Source of the DNA: Camelus dromedarius
Lineage: Eukaryota
Assembly: GCF_036321535.1 (NCBI RefSeq)
Contig: NC_087447.1
Span: 38,876,001 to 38,940,000 of the forward strand
Direction of reading: 5' to 3'
DNA length: 64,000 nucleotides
Below are positions 39,193 through 50,644 of the stretch, piece by piece; within the stretch, counting starts at the first letter, position 1; every line of letters starts with the position of its first letter. The notes beneath the pieces were generated by a model. It was not told the DNA's origin. It saw only the letters and a list, made by a program, of their open reading frames with translations, and ran no database searches. Both the position numbers and the translations under genes were made by a program.

Positions 39193-39727
39193 CCATGTGA
39201 GTTTAACTCTGGCCGCCCGGTGGCAGTTGGCACTAATCAGAAAGGGCTGGGTCAGATGCCATCTGTCTCTCTCTGCTGTCCTGTCTTCATAGTGTTTCAG
39301 ACAAGCCTGCAAATGAGTCAGTGGTCAGGTGCTCTAATACTAGGACTTGCTGCCTTAGTATGGCACCTTTAAAGCCAACTAGCAGGCATTTACTGAGATA
39401 CTTACTTTTTCCCCCAGCTGTAGGCAAATGAAAAGGTAACTTTGTCCTCCCCTATTCCTGGAAGGACAGACATGCATTTCTGTCCAAGAAAACTAAGCAA
39501 CCTTTGCCTTATAGGAAAATTAACAGGCTTTTGTTTTCAAAGACCTAGTCACATAGACCCTAGAGCTGGATTGTTCCAGGGAGGAAAGTATCCCAAAGGC
39601 TGAGGAGAGGGAAAACCCCCAAACCAGAAGAGAGGCTTCTTTGAGACTCGAGGCTAGAGGGGAGAAGCTGGATTCATAAATGACCATGACCTTCACTTCA
39701 CTTAAAGTCCTCAGGAGAAGCAGGAGT

Positions 39728-40165
39728 CAGTATCTGTTAGAATTTCTTCTATTGTAAATGATAGAAGATACAGCCAAACAGGCTTAAAGAGGAGAAAAAA
39801 AGATGAAGAAAGTTGGGTAATTCATTTGTTTGTTACTAAAAAGTGTATGGGTAACTGACTAGTGGTATGGCTTGATCCAGGAATCTAAAATATGCCCTGA
39901 GGACTATTTTTATCCATCTCTCAACATTGCATTTCCCTCTCTCCATTGACTTCATTGTCAGGATCCATGTAATGTTCCTCCAGCAGCTGTCTCAAACAAA
40001 CTCTCACTGGCTTCTCAACAGAATAGAAGTCAATCACTGAGCCAATTACAAAAGCTATGAAACACAGTACTCTAATTGGCCAGTCACGTGCTTCTTCCCT
40101 GAAACTGAGAATTGGGTACTATAACTGGAAGAAGTCAGGTATGGATGCTGAGTAGCAAAAAACTA
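39728..40165 (-). mobile_element. Old MLT1 (J/K-like) LTR
   Basis: tggcttgatccaggaatctaaa...ctgagccaattac...tactctaattggccagtcacgtg...atggatgctgagtagcaaaaaac. Confidence 0.6.
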
Positions 40166-41593
40166 TTAGAGGCTCCAAACAGGGATGGCTAAGGACACTG
40201 GGTACATGGAACCACGGCTTCTGTTAAGAATCTTGGCAAAGATCTCTGTGTGCAAGCTTGCTGCTTCTGAACATGGGCAAGGAGTACCAAGAGCTGCACC
40301 CACCTGCAAAAAGCCTTCTTTTGGGGATACCCATAAGCCCCCAGGGCTCTTGCACAATCACTAGGCAGGAAAGGTGTGTACATAGGCATGCATGTGTGCA
40401 CACACGTGCACACACATGCACAGAGAGGCACATGCAATGATAGGCTTTGCTTCCCTGATTAATTCTGGCAGATAAAGGACTGAGTTTGTTTTGGACTGTG
40501 ATGTTTCTAACACTTAAATAACTGGAGTAGATTTGTTTTCATCCTATATACTAAGATCTCCAATCTATTGTCTCTTCCCTGTGGTCTCTGAGCGATTACA
40601 ACTGTATTCCACTCCTCTCTCTTGCTACTTCCATCATCTCTAAGTCAACTCTTTCCAGGGCTCTTTCATCACCCAGTGCCACATCTCCCTGCCCGCACTT
40701 GTCTTTGTTCTGCTGGCATTAAAGCTGTGTACTCCACGTAGTCCTGGCTAATCTATAATCGAATCCTAATCTACATAGCCGAAGGAGGTACTTACATCCC
40801 TTCAAAACGCTTCTTCATTTTTGTTAGAAAGATGTGGCCAGAGGACAGACAGCTGTGCCCGACAGAACTGTATATTAACCCACAGGCGCAGAGAGCAGGG
40901 GCAGCATGGTTGGCAGGCACCCATTTGCATCAAGGAGTGGAAAAGCATCAATGGACACGCCCTGAGCACAGGAACACAGAAAGAAATACCTGGGAGGGGA
41001 TTTTGGGACCACCTGGAACTCCTTTGCGAGAAGATGGGACTAGGCAATCAAGATGTGGGATTGTATGTTAATTCAGTGTATTTTACACTCTCAAGCCGTG
41101 AAGCCAGGAGGCTCTGAGGTAACACAGATGAGGTTAGCAGTGGCCAGTAAACAGTAGGTGTGGCCTATATGGTCCCCGACCCCGCCCTTTCCCCCTTTAC
41201 GATAAAGCCCCTCTGCCCAGATTCTGTTTTTGTGTTTCAATAAAAACTCTCCCATTCCACCTTATTTGCCTTGTAGCCCAGCTCCTCCAGGTATACTATG
41301 TATAAAGTGAACACACGTTCTCTGCTGCCTGGCAACGTGAGAAAAAGCTGGTGTATGAGGCTCAGTGAATAAGCAGAGATGATGTTACTCATTCATTCAT
41401 TCATTCAACAAATATTTAGCTTAATATGCACCAGGCATTGTGTCAGTTCCAAACCAAATTGTATATTTGCTTAGAAAAAAAAACCTAATAGAACTGGCAC
41501 ACCTAGAAAATGCATTTTTTTCTTCCGTATTATGTTTTCTACCTTTCCTATGAGATTTTACAATTGGAAGAACTAATACTTACCACTGACATT

Positions 41594-41596
<3 letters not shown>

Positions 41597-41636
<40 letters not shown>
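41597..41636. repeat. (AC)20 microsatellite
   Basis: Perfect AC run. Confidence 0.95.
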
Positions 41637-41638
<2 letters not shown>

Positions 41639-41859
41639 AAAACCTTCGCAACTTCTGGCTAAATGTCAAAACACCCAGCGCATCTTCCTGCTTTCAAATG
41701 TCATTCACTCTTAAAATCATGGTTGGACAAGCTGTCCCTCCAGTGGGTAATTACCAAGCTTGATCTGAATTCAGACATACACTAGAAAGAAGCAGTGCAA
41801 AAATAACTCTGTCCCAAGAGAGCTTATACCCTAGTTGGAAAGACAAGAGAAATACCTGA

Positions 41860-43541
41860 AATAACTACATTGCCCCAAAAGGGACAGGCACTCAGTAGGA
41901 CTACCTTCCTGGCCCCCTTGTGCAGGGGTGGGTCCTTGTGACAAGTTTGGTATCACTTGCAGGCCAAACATTCAAAGGAATGTCTGTGGAGGACCCTCCA
42001 GAGTTCTCTTTCCGTCTGGGACTGGCTGCCAAGATGGCGGAGCAGGAGCCGCAGCTCACGTCCTCTCAGACACACCGAGATCACAGCTAACGCCAACAAC
42101 CGTCGAGTAAAAAAAAAAAAAAAAAAAAAAATACTGGAAACTACCAGAAAAGATCTTCTATAGCTAAAAAAGGAGGCGGCAGCAGGGGAGGACTCGCGAT
42201 ATAATCAGGTCCCACACCCGCTGGGCGGGCGACCCACGAACTGGAGAATAATTACAGTGCAGAGCTTCTTCCACGGGAGCAGGAGTTCTGCGTCCCAGTC
42301 AGGCTCCTCAGCCCGCGGGTCCGGCACTGGGAAGAGAAGCCTCCAGAGTGCTGGGCGTTGAAGGACAGCGGGGCTTGATTACAGGAGCTTCGTGTGACTG
42401 AGGACACAGAGACTACACTTAAGGGTTGCAGAGAAACTCTCCCGCTCGCTGAAACCAAGGACAAAAGCGGTAATTTCATAGAAGCCTGGGTCAGACCTAC
42501 CTGCTGGGCTTGCGGGTCTCCTGGCCAAGCGACAGGTAGCTGCGGCTCACCCTGAGGGCGTAGACATGGTGGCCGACATTCAGGGCTGTTCTTCTGAATG
42601 AACTCTCCTTCCGAGAGAATAACATCTTGCTGGGACTTTAGCAGCGAGACTTGGCCCCACCCAACAGCCTTTAGGCTCCAGAGCTGGGACGCCTCAGGCC
42701 AAACAACTAACTAGCAGACAGACTGCCTAAGGCTGACCCCACAGCAGCCTCTCCACACGCCCCTAGACGCGGCCCTGCCCACCGGAAGGCCAAGAACCAG
42801 CTCCACCCACCAGTGGGAAGGCACCTGCCCCTCCCGCCAGGAAGCGGGCACAAGCCTCTAGACCCACTTCACCCACCAGGGGCCAACACCAGAAGCAAGA
42901 AAACTTCCATCTCGCAACCTGTGGAACAAGCTCGCAAACACAGGACAGAAACTACCCTGGGACCAGCTGGTTACAGGCCCCTGGGTGACGCGAGAGAAGT
43001 GCACTGCTGGGACGCATAGGACGTCTCCTACAGAGGGCTCCCCTCCAAGGTCGAGAAACGTAACTCACCTGCCACACACATAAAAATACAAATAGAAATT
43101 TAGACAAAATGAGGCGGCAAAGGATACCTTCCAAAGGAACAAGATAAAACCCCAGAAGAACTAAGTGATGTAGAGATAGGCAGGCGCCCGAGAATGAGTT
43201 CAGAGTTATGATGGTAAGGTTGATCAAACATCTCAGGAGGAGAATGGATGAACAGAGCGAGAAGATAGACGTTGTTAGCAAACAGATAGAAAAATAAAGA
43301 ATAACCAAACAGAAATGAAGAATACAGAATTCTCTTCCCTCTGGCACAGTGACCGGCACCATTTGAGTTACAGCAGCTCCATCATTTGGGGTCCCCGCAT
43401 GTCTGCCATGAGCACAGCCCTCTGCAAACCCATGATGAACGTGTAGTAGAAACGAGAAATAAATCTGCTTTGGTTTTAAGCCACCAAGGGTTGGAGGTTG
43501 GTTGTTACCACAATATAACCTGGGTTATTCTGACTGAAACA
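41860..43541 (+). mobile_element. MLT1I-like LTR interrupted by an L1 5' end
   Basis: Left half ...tcacttgcaggccaaacatt...gaccctccagagttctc; right half ...gagaaataaatctgctttggttttaagccac...ttgttaccacaatataacct...ctgactgaaaca. Confidence 0.78.
42020..43324 (+). mobile_element. L1 5'UTR plus broken ORF1 start, 3'-truncated and TSD-flanked
   Basis: YY1 motif ccaagatggcgg at 42029-42040 and a CpG-rich 5'UTR. ORF1 ATG at 43109 (MRRQR../KEQDKTPEELSDVEIG../EFRVMMVRLIKHLRRRMDEQSEK../KNNQTEMKN) with frameshifts. Confidence 0.88.
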
Positions 43542-43599
43542 TGAAAAGGACGTAATGGTTAAACCTCTAGAGCACTCTAGGGTACAGGGAAGGATACGA

Positions 43600-44320
43600 A
43601 AGAACTGAGACTAGCAAACGCAGTGACTTTTTTAAAAAGAGTGTTCCAAAGCTACAGGCTGCCAAGCTTGACATGGACCCTCTACAAGAGTCTGGAAGGA
43701 ATAAGTAAAGAGAATGGTCTGTGAACACTTAGGGAAAAAAGCCGAGACCATTAAAGAGTCAATGTGGTTTAAAGACAATCAAAACCAACTAATTTTCATT
43801 TGCTTTGCAGACAGGTCTTAAGTCCTTCTGGGTCTTGGCAGGTAACAGTGTACTCAAATTAGAATGGCTACTAAAGAGAGTTTTATAAAGGGACTATACA
43901 CAAAGATGAGCAGGCTGCAGGAAAACCACAAGAAGTAGTGTAGTCCCATGGGCTAGAGTAGTGGGGATGTTACCATCAGAGCCTGAAGGAGGGAGGGGTG
44001 AAAAGGCAGGGCCACACCGCCTGGCCGGCTATCGTCATCTTGCATTAAGGGAGCTTGGAGAATAAATATCCCAACTCGTCCTTCTCTTTCCCTCCAATTT
44101 CTTGTCTCCACTGGCCAACCCAACCGGAAAGCCACCTAGAGGGCAAAGGAGCCATTGATGTAGTCTGGATAAGTCAGAATCCTGGGTACAGAGCAGGACA
44201 GAGAAGGGCAGAAAGCAGATCTGGAGGGGCAAATAGAAGATATCCAGCTGAAGATTACTAGGCAAATTGAATATACATGATGCATCTGGACTCGAGTGAG
44301 GTATTTGACAAAAGTTGTTA
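43600..44320 (+). mobile_element. CR1/L3 RT fragment interrupted by LTR33
   Basis: Translates ANAVTFLKR..SYRLPSLT..LYKSLEGISK/MVCEHLGK..SQCG..FICFADR, then after the LTR ITR../MHLDSSEVFDK. Confidence 0.65.
43820..44252 (-). mobile_element. LTR33-like ERVL LTR
   Basis: tactcaaattag...gagagttttataaagggactatacacaaag...ggccaacccaaccggaaagcca...gatctggaggggcaaatagaagatatccagc. Confidence 0.75.
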
Positions 44321-44397
44321 GGAATTTCTCAAATAAGCAGTATTGCTCGCACCCTCTTCTGTGGGCCCATAGCACTGTGTACTTGAGCCCTGGAGCG

Positions 44398-44952
44398 GGT
44401 GGTGGTCACTGTAGTTTTATCTTCTCAGCAGGCTTCCCCAACTCCCTTCTGGCCATCTCCCTCATATTCTCCAAGGAACTTGCCCCCAGTCCTTGTGTTT
44501 TGGATGTGGTCAATTGCCACACCCTGTCTATCCCTAATTCTCAACTCCAAAGGGTGGACACCTGGGTCAATCAAGCTAGATAGAGTCTTAGGAACATGCC
44601 TGCTGACAGTAACAAGAAAGATGCTATCTTGACTCCAGGTTACAGTGCTGGAAAGATGCAAGTTTGGAGCAATGAATAGCTATCTTCCATAGCCTGGCAG
44701 GAGACATCATTTACAATAAGAGAGTTTGTGGTCTTCACACAGAGAAACCAAAAAAACAAAACAAAACAAAACAAAAAAAAAAAACCTAAAAGATGAAAAA
44801 ACATTATATTGCTTGAGTTTCTGGATTAAACTGTTTCTGAGGTTAAGTCACTGCTAAATTTCTCACTTACATGATCCACTCCATTGCCACGTTCACTTTT
44901 GCTAGTTTGAGCTGGTTTTCTTTTGCTTACAGCAGAAATCTCTCATTAATCT
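44398..44952 (+). mobile_element. Old MLT1 (K/L-like) LTR
   Basis: ttgagtttctggattaaactgtttctgag...gctagtttgagctggttttcttttgcttacagcagaaa. Confidence 0.6.
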
Positions 44953-45396
44953 ACCTGTATTACAGAGCTTCCATCTTAACCTCACAGTGGTCTCAATAGT
45001 TATTTAATAAAATACATTTTAACTTGAGTGATAAAGGCTAGTACGTGATAGTAGCAACTACTACTGTGGAGTGCTCCCTAAATATTCAAGGGATGAATGA
45101 TCATCACCCAAGAAATGAAAGCCTTGTCAAAAGACAGGGCAGGACCCAGCTGAGACTACAGAGTCCTGTGTCCCTCTCCAGGAATTACAGTTTCTGCCTG
45201 TCCTAGGCCCTCGTATAATGTCTGCCTCTGCTGGAGAAGCCACAGAAGGAAAAGAAGGTCGTGGTCAGTTTCTCCCTTCTTCCTTGCTCCACTGTCTTCC
45301 AATTGTTCAAGCTGCCATTTTGGGACTTCTTTCAGCTCATAAACAGGAAGGAGCAGAAGGTTTGAGGAAAAAGATAATGCCCTCCAGAAATAACGT

Positions 45397-45690
45397 TTTT
45401 TTAAATTTTAAATTTACCCATCATCTTTGGGTAAATATCCTTTACCCATTTTATTTTATTGAGGTATAGTCAGTTTATAATGTTGTGTTAATTTCTGGTG
45501 TACAGCACAATGCTTCAGTCATACATGAATATACATATATTCATTTTCATATTCTTTTTCACTGTAAGCTACTATAAGATATTGAATATATTCCCCCATG
45601 CTATACAGTATAAACTTGTTTATCTATTTTATATATACCAGTCTTTATTTGCAAATCTCAAACTCCCAGTTTATCCCTTCCCACCCCCCT
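45397..45690 (-). mobile_element. Camelid L1 3' end with TSD
   Basis: attgaggtatagtcagtttataatgttgtgttaatttctggtgtacagc...aatctcaaactcccagtttatcccttcccacccc. TSD agaaataacgt (45386-45396) / agagataacgt (45691-45701). Confidence 0.85.
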
Positions 45691-46383
45691 AGAGATAACG
45701 TGTTAACACAGCTTTAAGACCCAATGGGTAGCAGGTACCAAAGCACTGGCTCTTTCTCCCATGAAGGACTTCTATGGGTTTTTCAAAAACTCTCTTCAGT
45801 GGGGCTCTCCCATTGCACCATCCTAAGCTGTGAGTGATGCAAACTCTGGCTGACTGCTCACCCCTGGCTCCTCTCCCTGCTCCCCACAGCTCCCTTGGTA
45901 CATTCCATGCAGCCTCTCTCTCCTGGTGTGAGGTCCTATGGGTTGGCTCCTTCAAGGTGACTAATGTCCCATGGAGAACATGCCCCTTGCCCTGCCATAA
46001 GCACAACCCACCTTATTCACTCTGCTGCCCTGTCTCCTTCCTCTGCCAGCAAGGTCAGCTCTAGCCAGGCTCACTCTTTGACTTTCCAGGCACTAGTCAG
46101 GCATCAGCTTCTGTACTATACAGAAGCTTCTCTTGCTTGGTTCAAACTGGAGGAGTGGGACAACTCTCCTCTCCATTAACAGGGGAAGGGAATCACACAG
46201 TTCTCCAACTATTTTCAAAGAAATTGTCCAGTTCTCCAGAGTTATTCCAGTTCTCTTCCTCTGATCCCCTAGATTCCCTTACAAATGGTCTAGACATTGA
46301 TGGTGGTGAGCTGAGGCTCATGAGCTGACTGGAGACTTCCAATTAGCAAGGTCTTCCTGGACGGCAAAATTTCTTTCTTTAGA

Positions 46384-46688
46384 ACCATACCATTCAACAT
46401 GGCAGCCACTAGCCACGTACAGCTAATGAGCACTTGAAGTATGATTGGTTCAGAGTGGGGTATGCCGTGAGTGTCACCAACACACCAGCTTTCAAAGATA
46501 TAGTGTGAATAAAATAATGTAAAATATCTCATAAATATCTTGTATATTCATTAGATGTTGAAATAATATTTTTGATACATTGAATGAATTGAATAACTCA
46601 TTAAAATTGATTTCACCTCTGTCCTTTTTAATGTGGCTACTAGAAATTTTTAATTACACAGCTCACATATTTCTGTTGGATAGTGCTG
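46384..46688. mobile_element. MER33/MER3-like hAT-Charlie element
   Basis: atggcagccactagccacgtacagctaatgagcacttgaa...tttttaatgtggctactagaaattt...tatttctgttggatagtgctg. Confidence 0.82.
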
Positions 46689-47220
46689 CTTTTAAAATGA
46701 ATGGGAAAAAAAGAAGATAAAAATTTAAAAAGATAAAATGCATGCGCACATGGCTTTAGGGACTGGCCAAACTCTGAGACAGGAAAAGTCTCAGTCAAGA
46801 GGCTGTTAGGTGATATTTGTAAAATCCCTTAGACCGCTGCCTGGCACATATTAAGCACTCAATAATTAGGATGGGGGAGAGAATAGAGGTGGAAGAGACG
46901 TTATTGTTGTAGTAGTAGCTGATGTGGTTAATGATATTCATCTCCCTTCTCCCATCTATAAAACAAGAAAAAGAATTTATGCCCTGCCGATGTCTCAAGG
47001 TTGCAGTGCAGTTTGAGTGAAATAGGGTGTACAAAATCTCTTTAAACTGTAAATAGCTGCATACACAGTGGTTGCCACAGTGATAATAATCATGATGGCT
47101 GCTGAAACACCCTGGCTCACGCAGGGAGCGCCTCTGGAATCGGGCTTCTGGAACCCAGGGCTGGGGCAGGCTGGCCATGGGCCCAGGCACTCCTTCCATT
47201 GCATCAGAGCGAATGCTGGG

Positions 47221-47239
47221 CCACCGCCAGGTGGCAGTG
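47221..47239 (+). promoter_or_regulatory. CTCF motif
   Basis: CCACCGCCAGGTGGCAGTG is a near-consensus core, inside a GC/CpG-rich non-repeat patch (~47100-47310). Confidence 0.6.
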
Positions 47240-47359
47240 GAAGCCCAGCTGCGGTCCCCGGGATCCCTGCCCCGCTCAGGAAGACGCACCCACTTCTCTG
47301 AGGCCCCCTGACTGAAGCACCTTTTGCATTTCAAGCTGGATGCTAGGCACTGTGTAGAA

Positions 47360-47642
47360 TACCAAAGGGGAAAGGGGCAGAGAGTATATAAACTAGGGGT
47401 TTGGGATTAACAGATACACACTACTACATGCAAAACAGATAAACAAGGACCTACTATATATATCACAGAGAATGATATTCAATATCTTGTAATAACCTAG
47501 AATGGAAAAGAATCTGAAAAAGAATATATATCTATATCTGTATCTATATATATATTCTTATATATATTTTCTGTGTACCTGAAACTAACACAACATTGTA
47601 AATCAACTACATTTCAACATTAAAAAAGAAGAAGAAAAAAAA
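47360..47642 (+). mobile_element. Artiodactyl-type L1 3' end
   Basis: tttgggattaacagatacacactact...aatggaaaagaatctgaaaaagaatatata...acattgtaaatcaactac plus an A-rich tail. Confidence 0.87.
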
Positions 47643-50600
47643 GTTTTCTAAGACTTGGTCCAGGCTTCAGGGGCTTCAGGGTAAGGAAGGAAATCGACCC
47701 CCAAACAATTGATAGAATAGTGATGATCCCTGCAGGGTCAGAGGATGGGTCTACGGCTGTGACTTGGCTTGCGGGGAATTAGAAGGAGCTTCCAGAGATG
47801 TGACATTTGAGCAGGGTTCTCAGGAAGGAAGACTTCTCTCAGTGGAGACGTGGGGGTGGGGAGGGACATTCCAGGCAGATGATGGAGCAAGAGCAAATAG
47901 CACCTGGGCCATTTGGAAAAGGGGGAGGGCGTTTGAAAATGAACAATAAGGGTGTGCGTGCTGTAGGCGCTTAGTGCTTGAAGGTTAGTGAAGCCAAATG
48001 TCCCGGAATGGGCAGGATTATGTCATGTATTATGAATAAGTGTCCTGCCTGAAATGGCAATAGCAGCCCCATTGAGAAACTGAGAGTCTGGGTGGGGAAG
48101 GAAAGTTTGAGTGTGAGATATGAGTGGAAAGATAAATTAAAGCCAAACTGTAAAGGGCCTCATGGCTAGACACGGGCCTTGGGCCCTCTCGCAAGTGACA
48201 CAGAGACTCCAAACTCCTTCTCATTCGCAGAGAAGGGCTCCCATCATTTCTAAAACCCAGCAGACATCCTCGCACAGCTCTAGAGGGAGCTGCAGTGGTG
48301 GGTGTGCTCACACGGCGCCCAGCTGTGCTCCCTAGGCTCACCTGCTCCCCCATGGCTCTTGCTCCAATTTCTAGTGGTCCTGACTCTGGCCCCAGAATGA
48401 TGCCATCCTCCCTTGGAAACTACAGACTAAGTGCGGATACAAATTGACACTCAAAAAACATTTGCCAAATTGAATTCACATCCAAGACCTGGTACACCAG
48501 CTCAGTGACATATTTAGGTCGTGTATATTTCGGTCACATAAAGGTGGCATCACTGGATTGTCACAGTATTTGCTCTGAGTCTGTAGGAGGGTCTTCATTT
48601 CTGGAAGAGGCCAGAGAACTTTCTCTGTCAGCATGCCTGTTAATGATGATAAGAGCTAGCATTTATTAAGCAAGCTGCTTTGAGTCAGGCATTGCTCCTG
48701 GTACATTACGTAAATAATTCTACTTCATCATCACCATGACTTGTGTTGCAGGTGATAAAATTGAGGCTAGGAGAGGCAAATGAGTTGCCAAGGGTGCCCA
48801 CGTGGAGTACCAGGCCTTTTTGTTTTTGTTTTTTTTTTGGTTTTCTGGAATTTATGCCTCTTTAATGCTGAATATAAAATCTGAGATTTCACCAATAACT
48901 TGAAAGACAAATGCATACAAATTGAAATCTAAAAACAATAATTATGCAAAGTGCGCCCTGACACTTTAGAAAAGATGTTACATGAAAAGCATTTCTAGAA
49001 AAAGTAAAACCGAGATCTGTCTGACTCTAAAGGCCCCTGCCCTTTCCCCTACACCAGCCTGTTCCTCTCGGTCACAAGGAAATGGCGCTTTCTTGAAAGG
49101 GAGGAAAGGGACCCAATGCTGGCTGACCCCAAGCAGTGAAGACAGGCGTCTTCTTTCAGCCACCTGATAGGACAGGGTCTGCCGTGGGTTCCCTGCCAGA
49201 TGGTTCAAGGGCTTCACACCTGCTACCCTTCAGGGCCCCACTCAATTCAAAATGGGGCCAAGGGGCCCGTGAAACAGAAGCAGGAAAGGGAGTGAGCTTG
49301 GGCAGGGTGTTCTCTCCCAGGACCACCCAAAGCTGCCTCTGCCAATTCCACGCTTTGGGCTGGTGCCTTGGCTGCGTGGAGTGTACTGATTGAGCAGTCT
49401 TTTCATGGGGAAGAGGAGCCTGGGGCCGTGGGGCCGGTCTTCTCGCCCCGGGGCACCATAAAGGCCCATGGCTCACAGCCACCAGAGCCATCGCACAAGC
49501 CAGGTCCACCACTGCTGGTTTTTCTTTGCTTCCTCCTGGGTGAGGGCTATTCCTGTCAGAGGGCTATTATCTTGTATGAAGAAACAAGAGCGATTAATTG
49601 CCATTGGGGCTAGCCTGTGCCGGGCTGCTCTGACCTCCTTAAATCCCTTGGACTCAGGGCAGGGAATCAACAGAACAGTCTTTTCATCTGGCTAACCATC
49701 CATCTATTTATCATCTGCTGTGTCCAGCCACTGTGCTTAGCCCCAGGGAGCAGAAAAGGAATAATAGTCCACTCCTCAGATTTCAGGGGTCCAGTATAGG
49801 GAGACTGGAAATATAAACTCAGTGTCCCCAGTCTTCAGCAGCTTATGAATACAAATGGGGGCTCATTCATTCAAATAACTTCTCACTCAGAGACTTTAAT
49901 CCCCTGCAAAGTGTCCTTCAAATAGTTATTGAAGTTTCCAAGGAGTGTTTGACCTGTAATCATGAACCAATCCATCAGTTTAGCTGACGCTGAGCCCCTA
50001 CATTACGGCTTGTCGTAGTTCTCTCCTGTCAATGTCCCGTGTCCTCACAGGGAGACCCCACACAGCACTCTTTCTGGAAAAGCCATGGCTACTCCAAAAG
50101 GGCTGCCACAAGACCATAAAGCCTTCTGTGCAAAGCAGAGGAAGTTCTTGCTTGCTTTCAGGGGACTGGAGCCCCACTCCCAACCCTTTGTCTGGGTGCC
50201 CACGTGCAAGTCACAACCTGGGCAAGCATACATGGTAGCCTGCATGCCAAGGATGCTCCCCACACCACTAGGCCTCAGGGTGCCAGACTGATACCTGGTT
50301 CTATGCCAAGGAGAGAATGGCCTCTCCTCACATTTGTGTCGGACTTTGTCACCTGGGGACTTCAGAGTGGTACTACCAGAGCCCAGAATTTCACAAGGTC
50401 TGTGACTCACTGCTCCACCAGGACTCACAAATATTTCAAGGGGTTTGGCAGAGAATAAACTCCTCTTCTGCACAGCCCCGATGTCCTTCTGTCTCACATC
50501 TTTCTCTCCGCTGTCCAATCCCACATTCAATGCTTCTCCCCAAACTACCCTCACATACATCAGTTCATGCAAACAGAATCCAAGCAGGTGCCCAGTCCAC

Positions 50601-50644
50601 CAATTCTGACTCCCATTCTAGGCTCAGTTAGAACACTCTTTTGC

